Positions 1 to 7,868 of a stretch of DNA of 36,181 nt are shown piece by piece; within the stretch, counting starts at the first letter, position 1; the number at the start of each line of letters is the position of its first letter. Origin of the DNA: Chloroflexota bacterium. GTDB lineage: Bacteria > Chloroflexota > Limnocylindria > Limnocylindrales > CSP1-4. The DNA lies in NCBI GenBank assembly GCA_040899885.1, contig JBBDZZ010000040.1, positions 1-36,181 of the forward strand, read 5' to 3'. The position numbers were made by a program, and so were the translations under genes. A model generated the notes under the pieces. The model was not told the DNA's origin. It saw only the letters and a program-made list of their open reading frames with translations, and searched no databases.

Positions 1-733
1 GGACCACGACGACCAGCGCCTCGACGACGATCCGGCGCGACATCTTCGACTGGCCCACTCGCCGGTCGCGGAACGTGATCGGGATCTCGTGGACGCGAGC
101 GCCCGCTCGCGACGCCCGAAACGTCATCTCGATCTGGAACACGTAGCCACCGGCGTGGACTCCCTCGAACGGGATCTGGGCAAGCGTCGCGGACCGCCAC
201 GCCTTGAACCCCCCGGTGAGGTCGTGCGGCCCGAGACCCAGCACGGTCCGGGCGAAGATCGAGCCGCCCCGGGAGATCAGCCGGCGTCCGATCCCCCAGT
301 CGACGACGCCGCCGCCCGCCGTGTAGCGCGACCCGACGACGAGGTCCGCCTCGCCGCGCTCCACCGGCGCGATGAGCCCCGGCAATGCCGCGGGGTCGTG
401 GGACCAGTCGGCGTCCATCTGGACGATCGTTCGCGCTCCGCCGGCGATCGCGACGCGGAATCCGTCGAGATATGCCCTGCCGAGGCCCTGCTTTGCGGTG
501 CGGTGGAGGACCCGTACCCGCGGGTCCGCCCCGGACATCTCGTCCGCGAGCCGGCCGGTGCCGTCCGGGGACGCGTCGTCGACGACGAGGAGCATCGCGC
601 CCGGCAGCACGTCGAGGATCGCCGGGCCGATCGCCGGCAGGTTATCGGCCTCGTTGTACGTCGGGAGGATGACCCACGCGCCCTCGCCCGCGGCGGGCGA
701 CGGAGCGTCCGCGGCGGCGGGTTCGGTCGTCAT
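1..733 (-). CDS. GT2 polyprenol/dolichol-phosphate mannosyltransferase-like glycosyltransferase (Ppm1/DPM1 type); 3' end runs off the window
   Basis: Absent from the ORF track because no stop lies in the window. Reverse translation from ATG (733..731) gives MTTEPAAADAPSPAAGEGAWVILPTYNEADNLPAIGPAILDVLPGAMLLVVDDASPDGTGRLADEM..RVLHRTAKQGLGRAYLDGF..IVQMDADWSHDP..VVGSRYTAGGGVVDWG..GGFKAWR..YVFQIEMTFRA. These are GT-A/GT2 DPM1-type motifs (PTYNE, DDxSPDGT, DADxSHxP). The + ORF 89..1276 is its antisense shadow. Confidence 0.85.
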   Translation of the reverse strand, partial: MTTEPAAADAPSPAAGEGAWVILPTYNEADNLPAIGPAILDVLPGAMLLVVDDASPDGTGRLADEMSGADPRVRVLHRTAKQGLGRAYLDGFRVAIAGGARTIVQMDADWSHDPAALPGLIAPVERGEADLVVGSRYTAGGGVVDWGIGRRLISRGGSIFARTVLGLGPHDLTGGFKAWRSATLAQIPFEGVHAGGYVFQIEMTFRASRAGARVHEIPITFRDRRVGQSKMSRRIVVEALVVVV

Positions 734-807
734 CGCGTGGCTGAGTGTACGGCGCGTGCGGGCCCGGCCTGGCGACGTCCGCCGGGCAGCGCCGGGCACG
801 GCCGCCG

Positions 808-3216
808 CTACTGGACGGTGATCGTCAGCGATTGCGCGTTCGTCCGGCCGGCGGCGTCGCGAGCCGTGATCGCGATCGTGGCGACGCCGGGCGCGCCCGC
901 GGCCACGGTGAACCTGACCACGTATCGTCCGCCGCCCTGCGACGTCGCGGCCCGCGTGACAGCGGCCAGGCCGGCCTGCCGGAACGTGACCCGCGGCGCG
1001 GCACGGAGCGGCTCGGCAGACCGGAGGGTCAGTGTCAGGGTCTGGCCCCCGGCCGGGCTGACCGGCGCGGCCGTGACCGAGAACGCGTCGACGAGAATGA
1101 GCCTCGTCAGCGTCGTCGTCCCGACCCACGAGGTCGCGGTGAGCACCGCCCGGTACCAGCCGCGGGGCACCCGGACGCCTCGGCCGTCGCGGCCATCCCA
1201 CGTCCAGCTGAAGGTCCCTGCACCCTGTGTGCGGCCGACCCAGGCACTCTTCACGTACGCGCCGGACTGCTTGTAGATCCGGAGCGTGGTGGCCGCGCTG
1301 CGAGCGAGCCTGAACGAGACCTTCGAGCTCTTCGCGTAGCCGTCGGCATCATGGGGAAAGAAGATCGCCGGGCTCCATGCCAGGTGACCGGCGGTCCGGT
1401 CGACGATGATCGGGAATTCCTGGACCGTCCGGTTGTGGGACGGATCGGACACGTCGATCGAGAGGTAGTAGAGGCCGTCGGGGACCATCCGGCCCAAGCG
1501 GTCGATGCCGTTCCACGTGATTGAGCCGGTCGCGCCGATCGCCCACGTCTTGTAGACGGTCCCGCCCTTACGGATGCGCGCGTAACCCCTGACGGCCTCG
1601 TCGACTGACCAGCCGAGCGTGATCCGCTCCGCGATCCCGTCGCCGTTCGGCGAGAAAGTGCCTGGCGTCGTGGTCGCCGTGACGACGGGAGCGATCAGGT
1701 CTGTGGTCAGGAACTTCGCGGCCAGGACCTCGTTCAGCTCGGTCCGGCTGTCGTCGTAGCCGAGCGCCCAGATCCCCGCGCCGGCCAGCCCCATCGAGTT
1801 GACGAGGTCGTACTTCAGCCTCAGCGACTCCGCGTCGTCGTAGTAGATCTGGCGCCACGGGTTGACGCAGCCATACGCCGCTGTGCAGTTCTCGCGGTGG
1901 TAGACGACATACGGCCCGAGCTCGCGGCCGTCCCAGCGCCGGCCGTGCGTGGCCGCGTATTCGATCGCGGACTTGTAGATGACGGTGTTCGACGAGCCGT
2001 ACTGGGTGCCGGAGATGTTCTTCGCGTTGACGGCGTCGGTCTCGGTCGACCATGCCCGTCCGTAGTACGGGATCCCCAGGATGAGCTTCGACGCGGGGAC
2101 TCGAGCGGCGAAGGCCGCGACCGTGTCCGTGATGTCATAGGCCGGGCCGGCCAGCGGCGAGATCGACCCGACGGACGGCACCGACGCGGTCCGGTAGTCA
2201 TAGCCCATGATGAAGATCGCGTCGGCGCCCCCAGGGGCGGTCGCGTCCTCGATCGGGTAGTTGCCGATGTAGCCGGTCGTGTCGAAGGTCAGCTGGTAGC
2301 CGGGCGCGAGCCCGTCGAGCTCGGCGCGGAACGTCCGGACCAGGGCGGTGAACTCATCCGCGAATCCGGTGGCGATCGGCTCGAAGTCGAGGTTGATCCC
2401 GTCGATCCCGCGGTTGTGGACCGCGAGAGCGGCCTGGCTCGCGAGGTTCTGGCGGGCGGCCGGGTTGCCGAGCAGCGCTGCCTGCCGCTCTGTCTGACTC
2501 GAGGTCCAGGCGAACATCGTGATCGTCAGCACGACCCGGGTGTCGTTCGCGTGGGCGGAGTTGATGACGTTGGTCAGGGCAGCGCTCCCGAAGCCTCCCC
2601 AGCCGGTCGTCGGCGTCCCGTCGGCGTTCTTCTTGAGGAGGTTGCCGTTCTGGTCCGACCCGACGCTGAAGTAGGCGATCGTCGAGAGCACGCGGTAATC
2701 GAGCGTGTTCGCGCTGTCCGACACCTCCCAGTACGGGAGGAAGCCGAAGACCTGCTTGAGTCGCTTCGTGCCGCCGCTGACGGCGGCGATGTCGCCGGTG
2801 GCACCCGGGGTGAGGGCGTGGGTCACCGGGCCGCCCGGCTTGAACGAGATCCGATCCTCGGCGTGGGCCATGGCGTCTTCGTAGTGGGCGCTCGGCTGAA
2901 GGCCGGGGTCAGGCTCCGGCAGGACCGCCTCGACGACCTCGACCGTGGCGGGGTCCATGTCGGAGAGAGAGGTGAAGCTCACGTCGGTGGAAGGCTCGAC
3001 GGACGGCTCGACCGACGGCGACGGGTCCTCGGGCAGGACCTCGGTCGGCAGCGGGGTGGGATCCGGTGCCGGTTCGGCGCCGAGGGCGGTGGCCGCGGAG
3101 CCGGCCAGCATCGCCTGCGCGAGGAGCGCGACGACCAGGAGAACGGTCGCCGGCCGGCGGCGGGACGAGGACGCGAGGGGGGAGCGGCGAGCGGAACGGG
3201 TCACTGACGTCCTCAT
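808..3216 (-). CDS. Secreted glycoside hydrolase family 18 (chitinase/YaaH-like) with C-terminal FlgD-Ig-like and Ig-like domains
   Basis: 802-aa ORF starting at ATG 3216. N-terminal signal-like segment (RRRPATVLLVVALLAQAMLAGSAATALGA) is followed by a Pro/Glu-rich linker. The GH18 core has GFLPYWE, STIAYFSV and the catalytic GIDGINLDFEPI (DxxDxDxE-type) motif. The C-terminus has FSPNGDGIAERITLGW and FFPHDADGYAKSSKVSF (FlgD-Ig-like) plus a terminal Ig-like segment. Confidence 0.85.
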   Translation of the reverse strand: MRTSVTRSARRSPLASSSRRRPATVLLVVALLAQAMLAGSAATALGAEPAPDPTPLPTEVLPEDPSPSVEPSVEPSTDVSFTSLSDMDPATVEVVEAVLPEPDPGLQPSAHYEDAMAHAEDRISFKPGGPVTHALTPGATGDIAAVSGGTKRLKQVFGFLPYWEVSDSANTLDYRVLSTIAYFSVGSDQNGNLLKKNADGTPTTGWGGFGSAALTNVINSAHANDTRVVLTITMFAWTSSQTERQAALLGNPAARQNLASQAALAVHNRGIDGINLDFEPIATGFADEFTALVRTFRAELDGLAPGYQLTFDTTGYIGNYPIEDATAPGGADAIFIMGYDYRTASVPSVGSISPLAGPAYDITDTVAAFAARVPASKLILGIPYYGRAWSTETDAVNAKNISGTQYGSSNTVIYKSAIEYAATHGRRWDGRELGPYVVYHRENCTAAYGCVNPWRQIYYDDAESLRLKYDLVNSMGLAGAGIWALGYDDSRTELNEVLAAKFLTTDLIAPVVTATTTPGTFSPNGDGIAERITLGWSVDEAVRGYARIRKGGTVYKTWAIGATGSITWNGIDRLGRMVPDGLYYLSIDVSDPSHNRTVQEFPIIVDRTAGHLAWSPAIFFPHDADGYAKSSKVSFRLARSAATTLRIYKQSGAYVKSAWVGRTQGAGTFSWTWDGRDGRGVRVPRGWYRAVLTATSWVGTTTLTRLILVDAFSVTAAPVSPAGGQTLTLTLRSAEPLRAAPRVTFRQAGLAAVTRAATSQGGGRYVVRFTVAAGAPGVATIAITARDAAGRTNAQSLTITVQ

Positions 3217-3414
3217 CGGGGCGGCGACACGACGATCGGCGCCGGTGACGGTGGCAGCCAGTCGTGCTCCCCCGGGACCACCGACCGCTCGTCGGGAAGC
3301 GGGCTCACCGTAGCCTCGGGCGGAGCTCCGACCAAGCCTGACGATGGTCCCGGCAGTGGCCGGTACGGAGGCGTCCGGTGCGGTGCCCCGCTGGCCGCCC
3401 CGCTCAGCCGAAGA

Positions 3415-5415
3415 TCAGCGGAAGTAGCCGGTGACGTCGAAGACCGCGTCGGCGCTCGCGGCCCCGGAGGCGATGTACAGGTTGCCCAGCCCGCCGGTCC
3501 CGCTCAAGGCGACCGCCACACCGTTGCCGCGGATGTCCCCGGCAGGGAAGTTGAGCGTGGCGAACAACGAGTTCGGGCCGACCGCCGGCCCGAGCGCCAT
3601 GTGCCCGCCGCGGGTCTGGCGGACGACCGTGAGGTTGCCGGTCACCGCGACGGCCTCGGCGGGGACGCCACCTCGGCCGGCGACCTCGAATGCCCGCGGG
3701 TCGGCCATCGTGAACGCACTGGCCAGCCCAATGCCGATCCGCGAGTCCAGGAGGCGAGCCGGGCTGAGCGGCACGAACACGGCGCCCGAGCCACCCATCG
3801 CGAAGTAGCCGGTCACGTCGAAGATCAGGTGTGCCGAACCGGGGTTGCCTGCGACGTAGACCGCGCTGAGGGTCCCGCCGTCACCGAGCGGCACGACCAC
3901 GCCATTGCCCCGGGTGTCGCCCATCGGGAAGTTCAGGCTCGACGTGGCTGGCGCGGCGTTGGGCACCGGCCCGAGGCTAACGTGCCCGCCCTGAGTCTGG
4001 CCGGTCACCGTCAGGTTGCCCGCGACCGCGATCGCTCCCGCCGGCACGCCGCCCCCACCGGCCACCGCGAAGGTCCGCGGCTCGCCGGACTGGAAGGCTC
4101 CCGCGAGCCCGAGATCGAACCGCGTGTCGAGCAGTCTGGTGGGGTCGAGGGCGGTGAACCGCGCGCCTTCCGTGCCCTCGCGGAAGTAGCCGGTAACGTC
4201 GAACACGATGTGGGTCCTGGCGCCGGTCGTTCCGATGAATACCGCGCTCAGGCTACCGGCGGAGGAGAGCCGGACCGTGACGTTGTTCCCCCGGGTGTCG
4301 CCGGCCGGGAAGTTGATCGTGGAGGTCTCGGGCGTGGCATCCGGGATCTGGCCGAGCGCCACCCAGCCGGCACTCGTCTGCTGGGTGACCGTCAGGTTCC
4401 CGGTCACCGCGGTCGCGTCGGCGGGGACGCCACCGCGGCCCGCAACGTCGAAGGTGCGCGGCGCGCGCGACGTGAACCTGCCGGAGAGGCCGTTTCCCGT
4501 TCGGGTGTCGAGGAGCCGGGCGGGGGTGACGGGCGTGTACGTCGAGTCGGCGGCGGGCGGCGGGGGCGGCGGGGGCGGCACAGGCGCGCCGAGGACCTGG
4601 GTCGTCGTGATCGACATCGTCCCGCTGGCGGCCCGGTAGTACTCGCTCGTCGGCGACTCGGGATCCTGGGACACCGTCTTGCCGGGCGATCGGACAGAGG
4701 CGAACGTGTACGTGTTGCCGTTCGCGTTCGGGGCGGACCGCCACATCTGGTCGAGCGTCTGGTCCGTGTTGAAGAGCGACGCGAGGTAGTACTCAGGCCC
4801 GGAGTGCCCGTCGGCGATGACCGCGCTGGCCCCCGCCGCGAGGAACGCCGACGCGTAGTTGTCGGCCCGCTGCTTGGCGACGGAGAGGCTCGGCTCCGCG
4901 TGGCCCGGCTCGGAGTTGCCGGCCGCGTAGCACAGGTGGTGGAGCAGGATGAGGGCGTTCGGGGCGAACTCGAGCGTCCGGATCGACGGCTCGCCGTAGT
5001 ACTTGTTGTTGTTGTCGCCGTTGCCGGCGGTGGCGTTGAGCCCGAAGCCGTCCTTCGTCGCGAAGGTCGGGTCATACGTGTAGGGGCTCGGCCAGCCGTT
5101 GCCATGGCCCATGTAAATGACCACTCGGGCGCCCTTGACGGCGGCCTTGACGGCCGCCCACGTCGCGTTCGGGCTGAAGACCTTCACGACGTTCGTCGAG
5201 TGCTTGATCGCCTCGGCATAGGCGGACTCGCCACGCTGGCGGTAGCTGCTCGTCTGGCCGTGGACGGCACCGACGATGATCACGACCTTGGCGTCGCTTG
5301 CCGCCCGGGTCGCCGGGACGTGGCTGCCTGGGGCGAACGAGCCGAGGGCGGCGGCGAGGGCGACGACGATCGCCAGGCCGGTCTTGCGCAATGTGAGCTC
5401 CCGGTGTGACGGCAC
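3415..5415 (-). CDS. Secreted multidomain protein: N-terminal domain with a His-Gly/Cys pattern, poly-Pro linker, three tandem ~119-aa repeat domains
   Basis: 666-aa ORF with GTG start at 5415. Signal peptide is LAIVVALAAALGSFAPG. The N-terminal domain contains VVIYMGHGNG (His104) and LILLHHLCYAAGNS (Cys162). An eight-proline run follows (aa 280-287), then three repeats each running from ..P.RLLDTR.. to ..FDVTGYF. Confidence 0.8.
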   Translation of the reverse strand: MPSHRELTLRKTGLAIVVALAAALGSFAPGSHVPATRAASDAKVVIIVGAVHGQTSSYRQRGESAYAEAIKHSTNVVKVFSPNATWAAVKAAVKGARVVIYMGHGNGWPSPYTYDPTFATKDGFGLNATAGNGDNNNKYYGEPSIRTLEFAPNALILLHHLCYAAGNSEPGHAEPSLSVAKQRADNYASAFLAAGASAVIADGHSGPEYYLASLFNTDQTLDQMWRSAPNANGNTYTFASVRSPGKTVSQDPESPTSEYYRAASGTMSITTTQVLGAPVPPPPPPPPAADSTYTPVTPARLLDTRTGNGLSGRFTSRAPRTFDVAGRGGVPADATAVTGNLTVTQQTSAGWVALGQIPDATPETSTINFPAGDTRGNNVTVRLSSAGSLSAVFIGTTGARTHIVFDVTGYFREGTEGARFTALDPTRLLDTRFDLGLAGAFQSGEPRTFAVAGGGGVPAGAIAVAGNLTVTGQTQGGHVSLGPVPNAAPATSSLNFPMGDTRGNGVVVPLGDGGTLSAVYVAGNPGSAHLIFDVTGYFAMGGSGAVFVPLSPARLLDSRIGIGLASAFTMADPRAFEVAGRGGVPAEAVAVTGNLTVVRQTRGGHMALGPAVGPNSLFATLNFPAGDIRGNGVAVALSGTGGLGNLYIASGAASADAVFDVTGYFR
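3421..4539 (-). repeat. Three tandem intragenic repeats (~357 nt each, period ~381 nt) encoding a conserved unnamed ~119-aa domain
   Basis: Protein-level repeats are aa 293-411, 420-538 and 547-665 of the 3415..5415 product. Shared pattern: [YF]xP(L/V)xPxRLLD(T/S)R...PRxFxVAGRGGVPAxAxAVxGNLTVxxQTxxGxxxLGP....(S/T)x(I/L)NFPxGDxRGNxVxVxL...G.L...(F/Y)......HxxFDVTGYF. Confidence 0.8.
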
Positions 5416-5642
5416 CGACCCGATGAGCAGGCCGGCAGAGGGCTGGATGAGTGCCCTATCAGCCTCGGGCCGGGAGCTCGGCGCCGCTATCGCGGGATGG
5501 TCCCGCGCGTGCTAGGCCCATCGTCGATCCCGGGGTACGGAGCGCAGCGTAGTGGTGCGGTCAGGGGCACTGAGGAGCCGGAACGCGGGTGGTGCGTCGG
5601 GCCACCGCCCAACCGGGCGTGGGGAGTGCGGTCTGTCGCTCG

Positions 5643-7238
5643 TCAGGGACTCTGGAAGGACAGGCTTATGTCCGGCAGGGCAGGGGCGGCACCGTCGCCG
5701 TCGCGGGGGGAGTCCATGATCGCCCACAGGACGATCACCGCTTGGTCCCCGAGGACGGCGATATCGGCGGAACCGACGCCCAGGACATCGCTCGGGATTG
5801 ATACCGTCTCGATGGCTTCGCGGGTCAGCCCGTCCGTAGTGCGCCATGCCTGGAACGTCGCGTTGACGTTGTTCCAACCCACGCCGAGCACGACGCCCCC
5901 ATCCGATGCGAGCCGGCTATCGTTCGAAGGGGGGCCGCTGGCAGGCACGAAGGTCCAGCTGACACCGTCCCTCGAGAGGGCATCGAACCCGGACCCGGTC
6001 GCGACGATGCCGGGCGCTCCAACCGCAACCGCGAGCAGGGTTCCCGCGAAGTCCAGGCCGGCGTCGGACCGGACCCAGGTCAGGCCGTCCGGAGACGTCC
6101 AGGCGGCGGGCACGATGGCGTCGGCCGCGGTCCGACGGTGCCCGACGGCCACGAAGCCGTTGGCGGTCGCGGCGACGGCGCGCATGCCACCGCAGCCCGG
6201 GTCCTCGCCCGTGTCGATGCAGAGCCCGACGTCCATGTCTGCATTGTCTGCCGCCCGCGTCCAGGTCACGCCGTCCGGCGAGGTCCACGCCGCGGCACGC
6301 GCGGGGTAGGTCGCAGCGTCGTTGGGCACTGTGCTATCAACGACATAGCCGCCGATGACGTAGCCGCCTGGGCCGGCAGCGACCGCGGCGAGACGGTAGG
6401 TGGACATCTCAAGGGCAGACGAGCCGAAGTCGACCTGCACACGCTCCCACGTTTGCCCATCCGTCGAATGCCAGATGCCCGGTCCACGCCCGTCGTACGG
6501 ATAACCGATGGCCACCAGCCCGGCCGGCCCGTAGGCCACGTCGAATATCCCCGTCGGCGGGCGTTGGTTCGGGGCGTCGGGACTCAGGTCCAGGCCCGGC
6601 TGGTCGGGCAGGCGGGTCCAGCTGGCGCCGACGACCGTGGTCCACATGGCACCGTGACATTCCGTCGGCTGGCCTTCGGGAGTGCATTCCGGGCCGCCGA
6701 CCGCGACGAATCCCGACTCGGTGCGGGTGACGGCCTTCATGAGCCCGAGCCAACCCTTGCCGATGTCCCCGGCGGGGACCGCAAACGGCCGCCATGTCAC
6801 GCCCACCGCGACAGGCGATGCGTCCGGCGCTGGGCTCGCGGCGGTCAGCGGAGCTGTCGGCGTCGGGACCACCGTGGTCGGCAGGATCATCCAGCCGCGC
6901 AGGAGGTAGGCGCCCACCGCCATGACCCCGAGAAGGGCCACGAGGAAAAGCGTCGCCGCGGCCAGGAGCAGGACGCGCCGCGGGCGGGCCCGTCGCCGGG
7001 CAATCGCGCCCTGGACCGCCGCGTCGACGCGCGGCGAGGGGAGCAGGGTGAGCGGTCGACGGAGCGTGGAGGCGTCGGCGCGCAGGGCGGCCGCCCGCCG
7101 GGCGCAGGTCTGGCAGGTGGCGACATGCATCGCGAGCTCGTCCGCCTCGGCGGACGTCAGGTCGAAGTCAATGGCCGCGGCAGCCAGCTCGAGGGCACGA
7201 CCGTGGAGCGGTCGATCCTGGATTTCCTGGCGGTTCAT
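5643..7238 (-). CDS. Anti-sigma factor: zf-HC2 N-terminus, single TM segment, large extracytoplasmic BNR/sortilin-like repeat (beta-propeller-like) domain
   Basis: 531 aa. The N-terminus has HVATCQTCARRAAAL (the H-x3-C-x2-C anti-sigma zinc motif). TM segment is VLLLAAATLFLVALLGVMAVGAYLL. About six repeats of (F/Y)VA(V/I)G...W(T/H)SxDGxTWxR follow (WHSTDGQTWERV, WTSPDGVTWTRA, WTSPDGLTWVRS, SRDGVSWTFV, WRTTDGLT). The start overlaps the sigma gene stop by 4 nt (7235-7238). Confidence 0.8.
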   Translation of the reverse strand: MNRQEIQDRPLHGRALELAAAAIDFDLTSAEADELAMHVATCQTCARRAAALRADASTLRRPLTLLPSPRVDAAVQGAIARRRARPRRVLLLAAATLFLVALLGVMAVGAYLLRGWMILPTTVVPTPTAPLTAASPAPDASPVAVGVTWRPFAVPAGDIGKGWLGLMKAVTRTESGFVAVGGPECTPEGQPTECHGAMWTTVVGASWTRLPDQPGLDLSPDAPNQRPPTGIFDVAYGPAGLVAIGYPYDGRGPGIWHSTDGQTWERVQVDFGSSALEMSTYRLAAVAAGPGGYVIGGYVVDSTVPNDAATYPARAAAWTSPDGVTWTRAADNADMDVGLCIDTGEDPGCGGMRAVAATANGFVAVGHRRTAADAIVPAAWTSPDGLTWVRSDAGLDFAGTLLAVAVGAPGIVATGSGFDALSRDGVSWTFVPASGPPSNDSRLASDGGVVLGVGWNNVNATFQAWRTTDGLTREAIETVSIPSDVLGVGSADIAVLGDQAVIVLWAIMDSPRDGDGAAPALPDISLSFQSP

Positions 7239-7810
7239 CGCTGCAGCTCCTCTGCTTCGAGGACAAGGCGCAGCCGGACACGCGAGCGGCAGAGGAGCGT
7301 CCGCGTGGCGCCCTCGGTGCGCCCGATCGAAGCGGCGATCTCCCGGCCGTCGAAGCCTTGCGCGGCAAGAAGCAAGGCCGCCCGACCGTCGGGCGGCAGC
7401 TCAGCCAGCGCACTGTGAAGCTCGGTTTCCTGCTCGGCGCGCAGGGCAGCACTCTCCGGACCCAGGGGCTCTCGGCGGTCGAGCAGGCGCGGCACGAGCC
7501 GGGTCCAGACCGCGCCGTGGCGCGAGCGACTGATCGCGGCGTTGGCAGCCACCCGGTACAGCCAAGGCCGAACCGCATCGGGCAGGCGCCCCGCGCGGAC
7601 CTCGCGGATGAGGCGGATGAACGTCTCCTGGAGCAGGTCCTCGGCCGCTTCGCGGTCGCGGGTCATGCGGAGGAGGAAGCCCAACAGCTCGGCGCGATGG
7701 TCTTCGTAGAGGGTGGTGAGCGCAAGCTCGTCCGCCTGAGCGCCCACGCGCAGCCGCTCCAGGGCTGGCTGTTGGTCGTCGAGCGCGGTCGAGTCGGGCA
7801 GGTCGGTCAC
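7235..7810 (-). CDS. ECF (group 4) RNA polymerase sigma-70 family factor
   Basis: 191 aa with GTG start at 7810. Region 2 signature is DREAAEDLLQETFIRLIRE...VRPWLYRVAANAAISRSR. Region 4 HTH is LPPDGRAALLLAAQGFDGREIAASIGRTEGATRTLLCRSRVRLR. It is translationally coupled to the downstream anti-sigma gene. Confidence 0.9.
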   Translation of the reverse strand: MTDLPDSTALDDQQPALERLRVGAQADELALTTLYEDHRAELLGFLLRMTRDREAAEDLLQETFIRLIREVRAGRLPDAVRPWLYRVAANAAISRSRHGAVWTRLVPRLLDRREPLGPESAALRAEQETELHSALAELPPDGRAALLLAAQGFDGREIAASIGRTEGATRTLLCRSRVRLRLVLEAEELQR

Positions 7811-7818
7811 GTCGGTGT

Positions 7819-7843
7819 CACGAACAACCCCTCGGATTGTTAC
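7819..7843 (-). promoter_or_regulatory. Candidate ECF-type autoregulatory promoter (GTAAC-N16-CGTG) immediately upstream of the sigma gene
   Basis: The minus strand reads ccGTAACaatccgaggggttgttCGTGacaccgacGTG. An AAC-containing -35-like element and a CGT -10-like element are spaced by 16 nt. The -10-like element lies 8 nt upstream of the GTG start, which would imply a leaderless or near-leaderless mRNA. This is a motif match only. Confidence 0.25.
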
Positions 7844-7868
7844 GGGTCGTGGTGCTGGTCGGCTCGAA

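Noticed and set aside
89-1276. Long plus-strand ORF (395 aa), and similar long ORFs at 1897..3207 (+), 3601..5409 (+), 6138..7418 (+), 7840..9291 (-), 14967..16196 (+), 20520..22691 (+), 28687..30162 (-) and 33091..35274 (+)
   Set aside because: All lie antisense to, or out of frame with, genes that have clear conserved motifs. Their translations are Arg/Gly/Pro/Asp-rich low-complexity strings typical of stop-poor alternate frames in high-GC DNA. No motifs were recognised.
808-3216. Twin-arginine (Tat) export signal on the GH18 protein (SSRRRPATVLL)
   Set aside because: Arg-Arg is present, but the flanking consensus (S/T-R-R-x-F-L-K) is only partly matched. I cannot distinguish Tat from Sec by eye.
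3217-3414. Possible riboswitch (e.g. ydaO/c-di-AMP type, often upstream of wall hydrolases) in the 198-nt leader of the GH18 gene; likewise the 227-nt region 5416-5642
   Set aside because: Reading the minus strand, I could not find the conserved ydaO core elements or any other riboswitch consensus I know. I found only generic GC-rich short stems (e.g. cgcggga-cca-tcccgcg at ~5487-5503). An Infernal/Rfam scan would be decisive. It is not reportable as a feature.
5497-6309. Plus-strand 270-aa ORF opposite the anti-sigma sensor domain
   Set aside because: The minus-strand frame shows the periodic WxSxDGxTW repeats and continuity with the zf-HC2/TM N-terminus. The plus-strand product has no motifs and a Ser/Pro/Ala/Thr-rich shadow composition.
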